From Thermoprotei archaeon (GTDB lineage Archaea > Thermoproteota > Methanomethylicia > Nezhaarchaeales > WYZ-LMO8), in assembly GCA_003650865.1 (NCBI GenBank), contig QMSN01000001.1:1-28338 (forward strand): 28,338 nucleotides of DNA. Direction: 5' to 3'. The translations under genes were made by a program, and so were the position numbers. Under the pieces are notes generated by a model, which worked only from the letters and a program-made list of their open reading frames with translations, made no database searches and was not told the origin of the DNA. The stretch's first letter is position 1. Each line of letters opens with the position of its first letter. Of this stretch, positions 8,822 through 17,599 are shown piece after piece.

Positions 8822-10749
8822 GGCTTTTCTGACCTCCCAATCTCCTTGAGCAACTCCCCGACTTTCTCTCGGACTATTTGGTTCACAAGCTTTCCATCAA
8901 CTTTCCCTCTGAGGTGCGCCATGACCTTACCCATGATGGCTTGGACAGCCCTCTCACCTCTGCTCTTGACTATCTCCACATTCTCGCGTACAACCTTATC
9001 CACGAAGTCCTTGACATCCTCTAGGGTCATGGCTTTGAAGCCGAGCTTTTCTATGACCTCCATGACTGTACACTGGGGGTTCTCAGCCATACCTCTTAGT
9101 ACTTCAGGTATGGCCTCCTTCGCTATGATGCCCTTGCCCAACGCTCTAAACACGTCAATTATCTTGTGCTCGTCGATGTTGTCGAGTGGAACGCCTTCAC
9201 GCTTTAAGCTCTTCCACGTGTACTCTAAGGTAGTTGCAATTATCGTTGGTGAGACCTCAGGAACGCTTGAGACTATTCTTTCGAATAAGTCTAGTCTGTA
9301 GGAGTTCACCATGAGCAACGCCAGATCCTTGCTTAAACCGTATTCCTCTATGAAGCGCTTAAGCTTCTTCTCAGGCATTTCGGGTAGAGATCTCGATATC
9401 CCCTCAAGCCTTTCCTTCGTTATCACTATGGGCCTCACGTCGGTCTCTGGATACATTCTAGCGGCTCCGGGTCTAGGCCTCATGTACCTCGTCGTCCCAT
9501 CAGGGTTGGCAGCCCTAGTCTCGTCGGGGACCCCCTTAATGGCTTCTCTACACCTTCTAGCAACTGCCTCGAGAGCTCTTCTAGCCTTGTCCACTTCGTC
9601 CACTACGAAGACCACGGCGTCCATATCGCCGCACTTAAGGTGCTCTTTCAGCTCATCCACTTCCTGCTGAGAGATGCCGTAAGCGGGCATCTCATCCGTG
9701 TGGAATATCCCCTTAACCCCGCCCCATACAACAGCGTAGTCCTTCAGCTCTGTGCCAAACCTCCTGCCAGGCTGAACTTCTCGTCCAAGTAGACCAGCGA
9801 AGCCCGGTAGCTTAAGTGCCAGCACTCTGCCCCCTCTCTTAATGCCTTGAGATATCACCTTGCTCTGAGAGCCACGGAATATGTCGGTGACGTCCACCAC
9901 TTCGCATTCGACATCAGTGACCCCTCTGCTTTTAAGCTCCTCCGTTATCTGAAGAAGTTTGAGTTGCCTCTCGACCTCCAACTCAACAACCTTTGATAGG
10001 AGCTCTAAGTCCTGAACTCCCTTAATCTCAACCCTAGCGCCCTTCTCCAGCGATATGTTGAGATCCTGTCTTATAGTCCCCTTACCCCTCTTAACCTTCC
10101 CAGATATCCTGAAGAGCTGCCCCAACTTCAACGCTACCCTCTGAGCTTGCTCCGGACTCCTTATCTCAGGGGCTGTTGCAACCTCTATTAGAGGGATGCC
10201 GAGCCTATCAAGTCTATACACAACTTCTTTCTCGCTCTCAGAGATTTTCCTAGCAGCATCTTCTTCAAGACATATCGTCTGTATGTGGACGGGGCCTTCA
10301 GAATCCTCTATGACGCTATCCCTTGAGCCCAACGCCACTATCGCCGTCCTCTGAAAGCCCGTAGTGTTGGAGCCATCTATGACCACCTTCCTCATCACTT
10401 GAATTACGTCAGGGATGTTGGCCCTTAACATCAAGGCTATTCCAAGAGCTATGTCCAAGGCCTCGTCGTTGAGCTGGTGCGGAGGCTCTTCATCCATCTC
10501 GACGAGACACGTTGAGTCGTTGTAGGCCTGGTATATGAAAACCTTGCCCTTCTCGTGCTCTAATAGGGCGGCCTCGTCAACAGTCCCTAGCTCACTCCTC
10601 GTAGGGCGTAGGTACCTCATGAAGACCACGTCGGGTTCGTCATCTCTCAACGTCGTCGGGCAAGAGCAGAAGAGCTTGTGTTTCGTGTTGAGCTGCTGGT
10701 GAAGCTCTAAGCCAACTTTCAAGCCAAGCTCGGCATATTTACTACTCAA
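8818..10749 (-). CDS. gatE: Glutamyl-tRNA(Gln) amidotransferase subunit E
   Basis: GLKVGLELHQQL, KLFC, VIDGSNTTGFQRT, RLDRLGIPLIE and GAARMYPETD. Confidence 0.97.
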   Translation of the reverse strand: MSSKYAELGLKVGLELHQQLNTKHKLFCSCPTTLRDDEPDVVFMRYLRPTRSELGTVDEAALLEHEKGKVFIYQAYNDSTCLVEMDEEPPHQLNDEALDIALGIALMLRANIPDVIQVMRKVVIDGSNTTGFQRTAIVALGSRDSVIEDSEGPVHIQTICLEEDAARKISESEKEVVYRLDRLGIPLIEVATAPEIRSPEQAQRVALKLGQLFRISGKVKRGKGTIRQDLNISLEKGARVEIKGVQDLELLSKVVELEVERQLKLLQITEELKSRGVTDVECEVVDVTDIFRGSQSKVISQGIKRGGRVLALKLPGFAGLLGREVQPGRRFGTELKDYAVVWGGVKGIFHTDEMPAYGISQQEVDELKEHLKCGDMDAVVFVVDEVDKARRALEAVARRCREAIKGVPDETRAANPDGTTRYMRPRPGAARMYPETDVRPIVITKERLEGISRSLPEMPEKKLKRFIEEYGLSKDLALLMVNSYRLDLFERIVSSVPEVSPTIIATTLEYTWKSLKREGVPLDNIDEHKIIDVFRALGKGIIAKEAIPEVLRGMAENPQCTVMEVIEKLGFKAMTLEDVKDFVDKVVRENVEIVKSRGERAVQAIMGKVMAHLRGKVDGKLVNQIVREKVGELLKEIGRSEKP

Positions 10750-12130
10750 GACCCTTCACCTCCAGATACGCTTTGTACTCAGTCCTAGGCTTGATCTCCC
10801 CCGCTATGTTCGTGAGCATAAGCCTCTTTACCTCATCTATGCTGCTGGCGTTAGCTAAGCACCACATGAGCTTAACTAAAGCAGTCTCAGGCAACATGTC
10901 TTCACAAGGTATGACGCCCATCCTCAAGAGCTCGACGCCAGTCCTGTACACATTCATGTTGACCCTCCCCCACAGGCACTGAGACGTCATGGCCACTACG
11001 ATGCCTGCATCTACAAGCTTTCTTATGGAGGGAAATACGTAGCTGGGCGTGTGGCCAAGACCCGTGCCCTCTATGACAACTCCTCTAAAGCCAGACTCCA
11101 AGACCCACTCTAAAGCCTCAGCTGGTATGCCGGGATACACCTTGATGAGCGCGGCCCTACTATCAAACCTCGGCTTAACGACAAAGTCCTCTTTCGTACC
11201 GCGGGGTTTTAGGTTGCTGGCCAACACGACAACATCTCTACCCCCTATGACCTTCGCTATGGGCTTGTCGTTTACAGCTTTAAAGGCATCCCTTCTACTC
11301 GTATGGCATTTCCTAACTTTAGCTCCACGGTATACCGCTAACACGTCGTCGCTTATGTTCTCGTGCATGACAACTACGACTTCAGCAAAGGGAGCACGGG
11401 ATGCTACGGCTGTTGCCCCCATCATGTTTAGTGCTGCGTCGGACGAAGGTCTATCAGACGACCTCTGAGCACCCACCAAAGCCACTGGTATGGGCAAGCC
11501 TTGTAGAGCGAAACTCAAGGCTGCGGCGGTGTAACCCATCGTGTCGGTTCCGTGGGCTATTACAACACCATCAACTCCGCTCTCAACCTCTTTAGCCACA
11601 GCTTCAGCTATCTTGGTCCAGTATTCAGGCCTCATGTCCTCGCTGAAGATGTTAAATATGGTCTTGGTGTTTATGACAGCTATCTCGTTGAGCTCAGGAA
11701 TCGACTCGTAGAGGTCCTCAGTCGTCAGTGAGGGATAGACGGCTCCAGTCTTGTACTCCACTTTACTGGCTATCGTGCCGCCTGTACCAAGAACTGTGAC
11801 CCTAGGTAGACCTCCTCTCGAGATTTGTTGAAGAGCCCTCTCTACCACGCTTGGAGAAGCTTTAGACACAAGCTGAACCTCAACCTCCTTAAGTCTAAAA
11901 CCTATGTTGTAGCCGTTGTCGAGCTTTATTACTATGTAGTCATCTCCTAGTACCTCGGTCCTTGGCATGAGGAGGCCTTCGTAGACAGCGTCACCCTTCA
12001 CGACCTTAACCCTATCGTAAACCCCTATCCCCTTCACTTCGAGTGGTGCTGGGACTTCAGAGCCACCACTAGACGGCAAGCTACACACCACTCGTAGAAG
12101 AAGCCTAAAACTAGAAAAGCTTGCTGTCAC
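10742..12130 (-). CDS. gatD: Glutamyl-tRNA(Gln) amidotransferase subunit D; carries a candidate 60-nt BHB intron near the 5' end (alternative start TTG at 12079)
   Basis: KLDNGYNIG, GTGGTIAS, HGTDTM, QRSSDRPSSD and HTSRRDAF asparaginase-like motifs; adjacent to gatE. Confidence 0.96.
   Translation of the reverse strand: MTASFSSFRLLLRVVCSLPSSGGSEVPAPLEVKGIGVYDRVKVVKGDAVYEGLLMPRTEVLGDDYIVIKLDNGYNIGFRLKEVEVQLVSKASPSVVERALQQISRGGLPRVTVLGTGGTIASKVEYKTGAVYPSLTTEDLYESIPELNEIAVINTKTIFNIFSEDMRPEYWTKIAEAVAKEVESGVDGVVIAHGTDTMGYTAAALSFALQGLPIPVALVGAQRSSDRPSSDAALNMMGATAVASRAPFAEVVVVMHENISDDVLAVYRGAKVRKCHTSRRDAFKAVNDKPIAKVIGGRDVVVLASNLKPRGTKEDFVVKPRFDSRAALIKVYPGIPAEALEWVLESGFRGVVIEGTGLGHTPSYVFPSIRKLVDAGIVVAMTSQCLWGRVNMNVYRTGVELLRMGVIPCEDMLPETALVKLMWCLANASSIDEVKRLMLTNIAGEIKPRTEYKAYLEVKGLE
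12035..12094 (-). other. Candidate BHB mRNA intron in gatD (60 nt, in frame)
   Basis: Canonical geometry on the mRNA strand: outer helix CUU/AGG, central 4-bp helix CUUC/GAAG, 3-nt bulges UAC and UGA, inner 8-bp helix GAGUGGUG/CACCACUC. Canonical cuts fall on codon boundaries. Confidence 0.6.
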
Positions 12131-12179
12131 GTAGGCGTAGCTCTAGCTATCAGTAAAGGATTCTGGAGACTAGGAGGAG

Positions 12180-12329
12180 CTAAGCTCTCTGCTGCGCGTA
12201 CGCTACTCTCCTAATGTACTTCTTGTGGTTCTTAATTCGTGGTATGGGCGTCCTCTTGGGCTTAGGAGGTATCTTGGGCGTCTGCGTCCTAACCTTACCA
12301 GCCTTTGTCAGTGAGCCGTGGGACGGCAT
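12180..12329 (-). CDS. rps30e: 30S ribosomal protein S30e (49 aa; below ORF-track cut-off)
   Basis: Manual translation [49 protein letters not shown] carries the HGSL.KAGKVR.QTPK signature; SD GGAGG upstream. Confidence 0.96.
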   Translation of the reverse strand: MPSHGSLTKAGKVRTQTPKIPPKPKRTPIPRIKNHKKYIRRVAYAQQRA

Positions 12330-12366
12330 GTAGACCGACCTCCATTCAAGGAGGAGCGGGAGCCTA

Positions 12367-12380
12367 CATATAAAGATATT
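12367..12380 (-). promoter_or_regulatory. BRE/TATA of rps30e
   Basis: Minus-strand AATATC-TTTATATG about 40 nt upstream of the ATG, followed by the SD. Confidence 0.6.
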
Positions 12381-12403
12381 GCGTCACGCCTACGAGCTAC
12401 GAG

Positions 12404-13222
12404 TTAAGGATTTATGGGGAGCCTCTCGCCTGAAGAGGTTCTGCTAAATGTTCCAAACTCCTTCATCCTCTTAAGCCTCGAAGAGCTGAAGACGGGTCCA
12501 TCACTACACAACCTGAAGCCATCTATGAGGCACGAGCCGCACACGCCTAAAGCACACTTAACATACCTCTCGAGAAGCATCTGATGAGGTATACCTAGCT
12601 TCAGAAGGAGCCTATGGAGTTTAAACAGCATGGGCTCTGGACCACAGGCATAGACGTAAGAGAACCTTATTTTCTCTAGGAGGAGGCGTGAGGCGTCAAC
12701 AGATGTACCCTTAACCCCTGCAGTACCGTCATCAGTTGCCACAGTCACCTTCTCTTCGCCAAGCAACCTTGACAACTCATCTGTATGCACCAAATCGCTG
12801 GACGACTTAGCTCCAACAACCACGTAGACGTCTCTACGAGACTCAGAGAGTTGCTTTACCAACGGTATTAAGGGTGCTGTGCCCACACCACCCCCTACAA
12901 TTAGGATAGGTGACTTTGAGGTGAACCTAAAGCCATTACCATAAGGGCCACGCATGAATATCATGTCACCAACAGCACGTGAAGCCAAAGCCCTAGTCCC
13001 ATCACCCCTTACCACAAAGGTGAGGCGTACCTCACCCTTAGACTCATCAATGCTTGAAGGGGATAGAGGGAACTCATCGATGCTCGGCAACCATACCATG
13101 AAGAACTGCCCCGGCTTAACCCTTGGAGCAAAGCCCAAGCACTTAAGCCTTAACGAGTATGTGTTCCTCGCCACGCACTCCTTCGATGCAACCTTAAACC
13201 TAACGTAGTACGACATGTCCAA
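12404..13222 (-). CDS. pyrK: Dihydroorotate dehydrogenase electron transfer subunit
   Basis: PGQFFMVW, RGPYGNGF, GGGVGTAP, ACGPEPM and C.LGVCGSC...C.DGPVF 2Fe-2S motif; adjacent to pyrD. Confidence 0.92.
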   Translation of the reverse strand: MDMSYYVRFKVASKECVARNTYSLRLKCLGFAPRVKPGQFFMVWLPSIDEFPLSPSSIDESKGEVRLTFVVRGDGTRALASRAVGDMIFMRGPYGNGFRFTSKSPILIVGGGVGTAPLIPLVKQLSESRRDVYVVVGAKSSSDLVHTDELSRLLGEEKVTVATDDGTAGVKGTSVDASRLLLEKIRFSYVYACGPEPMLFKLHRLLLKLGIPHQMLLERYVKCALGVCGSCLIDGFRLCSDGPVFSSSRLKRMKEFGTFSRTSSGERLPINP

Positions 13223-13225
13223 CCC

Positions 13226-14131
13226 TCAATGAGCTGCTCCCACTATCTCCTTCAGGTCTCTAATGCCCTCTTCCTCCATGAAATTCTCGATGCCCCTTAT
13301 GATCTCCTTAAATAGCTTCAACCCCCTCTTACGTATAGCTGTTCCTATCTGAACAGCGCGTGCACCTGCCAGCATGTACTCAATGACGTCCATCCAAGTG
13401 TTTACACCTCCAACACCTATGAGGGGTATCTCGAAGTTCTCGTAGAGGTCGTATATCACTCTCAAAGCTATGGGCTTCAAGGAGGGTCCAGAAAGCCCAC
13501 CATATATCGAGGATAGGACTGGCCTCTTGGCCCTTATGTCTATGGCCATGGACCTTATGGTGTTGATGGCTGTTATAGCCGAGGCGCCATGCTTAACAAC
13601 AGACTCAGCCACGCTCAACAAGTTGCTCTCAAACCCTAACTTAACAAAAACCGGTACTGGCGATATGTCGCACACCTCCTTGACGACTCGTCCAGCGAGC
13701 TTAGGATCCTCAGAGAAAGCTTTGGTCTCAGCTACATGTGGGCACGAGAGGTTCAGCTCAATGGCCTTTGCCAGACCTGACTCCACAATTATCTTAACGG
13801 CTCCAACATAGTCTTCAATCCTGAAGCCAGCTACGCTGAACACCACTGGGATATTGGATAACTCATCCCTAATAGAAGTGCACTCCTCAAGGAAACGATG
13901 AACCCCTGGATTAGCTAGCCCAATAGCGTTAATCAAGCCATAACCTAGGTCAACTATCACGGGGTTGACATTCCCCGCTCGAGGAGTTAACGTTAGAGAC
14001 TTTGTGACTACAGCACCTGCACCTGCTTTATAGGCCTTGAGGAGCATTGAGGGGGTTGTGCCGAGTACGCCAGAAGCAAGCATAAGAGGGTTTCTAATGG
14101 TTAGTGATGATATGTTAACAGCTAAGCTCAT
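13226..14131 (-). CDS. pyrD: Dihydroorotate dehydrogenase, family 1 catalytic subunit
   Basis: NPLMLASG, TKS, NAIGLANPG, ELNLSCPH, INT, GGLSG and GVGGV. Confidence 0.95.
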   Translation of the reverse strand: MSLAVNISSLTIRNPLMLASGVLGTTPSMLLKAYKAGAGAVVTKSLTLTPRAGNVNPVIVDLGYGLINAIGLANPGVHRFLEECTSIRDELSNIPVVFSVAGFRIEDYVGAVKIIVESGLAKAIELNLSCPHVAETKAFSEDPKLAGRVVKEVCDISPVPVFVKLGFESNLLSVAESVVKHGASAITAINTIRSMAIDIRAKRPVLSSIYGGLSGPSLKPIALRVIYDLYENFEIPLIGVGGVNTWMDVIEYMLAGARAVQIGTAIRKRGLKLFKEIIRGIENFMEEEGIRDLKEIVGAAH

Positions 14132-14151
14132 ACCTTCCCTCTAGTTATTAT

Positions 14152-14168
14152 GAAAACAGTTATATATT
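14152..14168. promoter_or_regulatory. Probable bidirectional TATA region between divergent pyrD and nop5
   Basis: GAAAACAG-TTATATATT sits about 30 nt from the pyrD ATG on the minus strand and is also oriented for nop5 transcription. Confidence 0.45.
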
Positions 14169-14238
14169 ATCATGGCTCAATCCATACTATGTAGTTAACC
14201 TAGCCTGTTAGTGTATTCATGTCGTGGGGAGGTAGTGC

Positions 14239-15456
14239 ATGAAGGGTTTCGTCGTGTGCACATTCATGGGCTTACTTGCATATGATGAGAAGGGCAACCT
14301 CTTGGAGAAGGCGCTATTTCCAGGAGACCCTCTACAGCAGGCGAATAGGCTTTACGCCTTGGGTAGAGGGGAGATCGTAGATGAAATTAAGGTGTTGAGC
14401 GATAAGCTCAGGGAGAGGGGGGTTGACGAGCTCGTCTTTGAGAGTGACGTCCTAGCAAAAGCCTTCATGGACATGGGGTTCAGAAATGTGAAGGTTGAAG
14501 CGCCTAACGAGATAGCTAAGCTCGCTAGAACACAGTTACTAAAGCTTGCTGTAGAGCTTGGAGTCGCTGGGAGCGAGGAAGAGGCCCTTAAAGCCCTCCA
14601 TAGGGTTGCCTACGACTTAAGCGCTAAGAAGATGGTTGAAGCAGTTGAGAAACGAGATCTCTTAGTAGCTCAAGCAGTGTCCTGTATAGATGAAGTTGAG
14701 AAGATGATCAATATTCTTGCCTCTAGGCTGAGAGAGTGGTATGGTGTTCACTTCCCAGAGCTTGGAACCATGATTAAGGACCATGAGGACTACATAAGGG
14801 CTCTGAGGTTGATAGGTCACCGTGATAATGTTGTGAAGAAGAACTTACTCGAGGCCCTAGGCCCCATTAAGGATAAAGTCTTGAAATTCGTGGAGAGCGG
14901 AGCCACGTCGCTTGGAGCTGATGTGCTGCCCAAGGACATAGACATAATAAGAGAAGTAGCATCTATAGCGCTGGATCTCTACAGGTTAAATGACAAGTTA
15001 AAGCAGTACGTCAATGAAGTAATGGGCGAGGTCGCTCCCAACCTAAAGGAACTCATAGGCCCCGTCTTAGGTGCAAGGCTTATAGCATTAGCCGGGGGAC
15101 TCGACAGGCTCGCCAAGTTGCCAGCTAGCACGATACAACTGTTAGGTGCCGAAAAGGCGCTATTCAGAGCCTTGAGAACTGGAAGCAAACCGCCCAAACA
15201 TGGAATAATATTTCAGCATCCCGAAATTCACAGGTCACCACGCTGGCAGAGAGGTAAAATCGCAAGAGCCCTAGCTGGAAAGATTGCTATAGCTGCACGA
15301 GTCGACTACTTCTCAGGCGAGTACATAGCCGACGAGCTCAAAGAGGACTTGAGAAGGAGGATTAAGGAAATCAAAGAGACGTATAAGACACCTCCCAAGA
15401 GGGTTATAGAGAAGAAGAGGAAGAAGGAGAAAAGGAGGAAGAGAGGGAAGAGGTGA
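14239..15456 (+). CDS. nop5: C/D box sRNP protein Nop5 (Nop56/58)
   Basis: RLREWYG.HFPEL, APNL..LIGP.LGARLIA, QLLGAEKALF, PKHGIIF, RGKIARALA and a basic tail. Confidence 0.96.
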   Translation: MKGFVVCTFMGLLAYDEKGNLLEKALFPGDPLQQANRLYALGRGEIVDEIKVLSDKLRERGVDELVFESDVLAKAFMDMGFRNVKVEAPNEIAKLARTQLLKLAVELGVAGSEEEALKALHRVAYDLSAKKMVEAVEKRDLLVAQAVSCIDEVEKMINILASRLREWYGVHFPELGTMIKDHEDYIRALRLIGHRDNVVKKNLLEALGPIKDKVLKFVESGATSLGADVLPKDIDIIREVASIALDLYRLNDKLKQYVNEVMGEVAPNLKELIGPVLGARLIALAGGLDRLAKLPASTIQLLGAEKALFRALRTGSKPPKHGIIFQHPEIHRSPRWQRGKIARALAGKIAIAARVDYFSGEYIADELKEDLRRRIKEIKETYKTPPKRVIEKKRKKEKRRKRGKR

Positions 15457-16151
15457 GAGGCTTGAGAGTTAAACCTCATGAGAAGTTTGAGGGGTTATAC
15501 GTAGTTGAGATGGACGACGGCACCGTCAAGCTCGCCACGAGGAACTTAGCGCCGGGCGTCAAGGTTTACGGCGAGATGCTCATAGAGCATGAGGGCATGG
15601 AACTCAGAGTGTGGGACGCCTACAGGTCTAAGCTAGCTGCAGCTCTCTTGAAGGGGCTTAAGACCTCCCCCCTGAAGAGTGGGTTGAAGGTGCTCTACTT
15701 GGGGGTAGCCTCGGGAACCACGTGCTCACACGTATCAGATATTGTCGGCGAGTCCGGTAGGGTCTATGGCGTTGAGTTCTCGCCTAGAGTTATGAGGGAG
15801 TTCCTAGAGAGAGTAGCTAGGTATCGACCTAACGTGATCCCAATACTTGCTGATGCCAGGTTCCCAGCTGAATACTCAAGCATAACAGAGGAGGTGGACG
15901 TGATATACCAAGACGTCGCGCAACCTTATCAGAGCAAGATACTCATAGACAACGCCGACTTTTACTTGAAGAAGGGTGGATGGGCCTTCTTAGCCATTAA
16001 AGCTAGGAGCATAGACGTCACGAAGGAGCCCTCAGAGGTCTACAGGAAGGAGATGGAGGCTCTGAAGGATGGAGGTTTTGAGATAATAAACGTAGTGCAT
16101 TTAGAGCCTTACGACGTGGATCACGCCATGATATTGGCGCGTAGGGTGTAG
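15453..16151 (+). CDS. flpA: Fibrillarin-like rRNA/tRNA 2'-O-methyltransferase
   Basis: GVKVYGE, RVWDAYRSKLAA, VLYLGVASGTT.SHVSD and YQDVAQP; overlaps the nop5 stop. Confidence 0.96.
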   Translation: MRGLRVKPHEKFEGLYVVEMDDGTVKLATRNLAPGVKVYGEMLIEHEGMELRVWDAYRSKLAAALLKGLKTSPLKSGLKVLYLGVASGTTCSHVSDIVGESGRVYGVEFSPRVMREFLERVARYRPNVIPILADARFPAEYSSITEEVDVIYQDVAQPYQSKILIDNADFYLKKGGWAFLAIKARSIDVTKEPSEVYRKEMEALKDGGFEIINVVHLEPYDVDHAMILARRV

Positions 16152-16160
16152 GCAATAACC

Positions 16161-16598
16161 ATGTTCTCTGACAGGTCATTTAATAGGTTCACCAGGATAC
16201 TTAGTAGGGAGATAGAGAGGATAAACGATCATCTACCGCGTGAGAGCAAGACGCTCCGTGAGCTACTATCTATGGATGAACCGAAGGTGATAACGAGGCG
16301 AGGAGACGAGCTCGTAATGGATAAGGACGAGCTAAGGCTGCTGGCTGAGCTGACCCCCCCTCATTACCACGATAAGCTGAGGTTGCCTATACTCATCCTC
16401 AGGAGGATCGACATGGGTGAAGGCGTATACGTGTTATGTGGAGGCGAGCTAGAAGCGCATGTGATAAGCAGAGTTTTGAGTGAAAGCAGTTTGCCCAGAG
16501 ATAAAGGCAAAATACTCTTGTATAGGCCTCACATAGCATTTCTCAGAAGTAAGCTTAGAACTACAACAGTTATAGGGTTCGTCGCTGATATAACTTAG
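16161..16598 (+). CDS. DUF61-family conserved archaeal protein
   Basis: IN.HLP...TL.ELL..D.P and LRLPI.I pattern; located directly after fibrillarin. Confidence 0.7.
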   Translation: MFSDRSFNRFTRILSREIERINDHLPRESKTLRELLSMDEPKVITRRGDELVMDKDELRLLAELTPPHYHDKLRLPILILRRIDMGEGVYVLCGGELEAHVISRVLSESSLPRDKGKILLYRPHIAFLRSKLRTTTVIGFVADIT

Positions 16599-16606
16599 CG
16601 AGAGGT

Positions 16607-17599
16607 GTGCTGGTATTGCCTCTCGAGAAGCTTCTGGCCGAGGCCATTGAGGCACTCTGGGAGAAAGGGTTTGAGGTCTCAAGGCCCTATATGAATGAGA
16701 GAAGCTCAATAAACGTCGTCGCAAGAGGAGGAGAGAAGCTCATTTTAGTTAGAGTGCTAGACGACCTCTGCGAGCTAAAGAGCACCTACGCCTTAGAGAT
16801 GAGGAAAGCTGGCTACGCGCTTCAAGCCTCCCCTCTCGTGGTCAGTGAGAAAGAAGATGCTGAGGAGATGGAGAGAGAAGCTGTTTATGAGAAGTTCGGC
16901 GTATACGCCGTTCATCCAGAGGCTTTAAAGAGCTACTTGGAGGGAAAGCCTCAGTACGTGTATTATAAGGGTGGCAGGTTTTACGTTAAGATCGACGGTA
17001 GAAAGCTCCGAATGATAAGGGAGAGAGCAGGCCTCTCTCTAGGCAGGCTAGCCTCACTCCTCAAGGTCTCTAGGAAAGCTGTCTACGAGTACGAGCGTAA
17101 CGGCATGGATGCAACAATAGACATAGCCATGAGGCTTTACGAAGTCCTAAGGAACATCGTCGGCGAGGAGGAAGCCATGGAGCCCTTCAAGCCCATAGAC
17201 ATAATGCCGAGAGAGTACAGCGGGGAGAACTTAGTGTCTGAGGATAGAGCTGAGACGTGGTCTAAGAGGTATAGGTTTCAAGAGGAGGTCGCGTTAAAGC
17301 TCACAAGGCTTGGTTTCTCGGTTTTCAAGTTCAAGGAGGCACCATTTAACTTAATAGCCAAGAAGAAGGACGGCAACGGCAGAAGCACTCTCTTGATACT
17401 GACCATAGAGGCTTTGACCAAGAGGGCCAAGGAGGAAGTCGAGATACTTAAAGAGGTGGCGGAGGTTGCTAAGGTTGGGGGGCTCATCATAACGCGTAGA
17501 GCGATAAGAGAGGAGAGCGATGGCATAATATCGACCAAGAAGCTCGAGCATATAGATAGCCCAGAAGAGCTCATTGAGGTCACTACGTCGACTGGCTAA
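16607..17599 (+). CDS. Archaeal HTH (XRE/HTH_3) putative transcriptional regulator, COG1395-like
   Basis: Central IDG.KLR.IRE..GLSLG.LA..L.VSRKAVYEYE HTH flanked by two alpha/beta domains. Confidence 0.8.
   Translation: MLVLPLEKLLAEAIEALWEKGFEVSRPYMNERSSINVVARGGEKLILVRVLDDLCELKSTYALEMRKAGYALQASPLVVSEKEDAEEMEREAVYEKFGVYAVHPEALKSYLEGKPQYVYYKGGRFYVKIDGRKLRMIRERAGLSLGRLASLLKVSRKAVYEYERNGMDATIDIAMRLYEVLRNIVGEEEAMEPFKPIDIMPREYSGENLVSEDRAETWSKRYRFQEEVALKLTRLGFSVFKFKEAPFNLIAKKKDGNGRSTLLILTIEALTKRAKEEVEILKEVAEVAKVGGLIITRRAIREESDGIISTKKLEHIDSPEELIEVTTSTG

Noticed and set aside
12035-12094. The gatD intron as an intron-encoded C/D sRNA
   Set aside because: It contains one CUGA but no acceptable box C (GUGGUG repeats lack the GA needed for a K-turn).
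12339-12354. CCUCC-UUGAAU-GGAGG hairpin that would mask the rps30e SD
   Set aside because: The TATA at 12368-12374 predicts a TSS near 12345, so the 5' arm is probably not transcribed; the stem is only 5 bp.
14282-14288. AUGAUGA box C motif inside nop5
   Set aside because: It encodes Y-D-E, and there is no nearby CUGA partner to form a K-turn.
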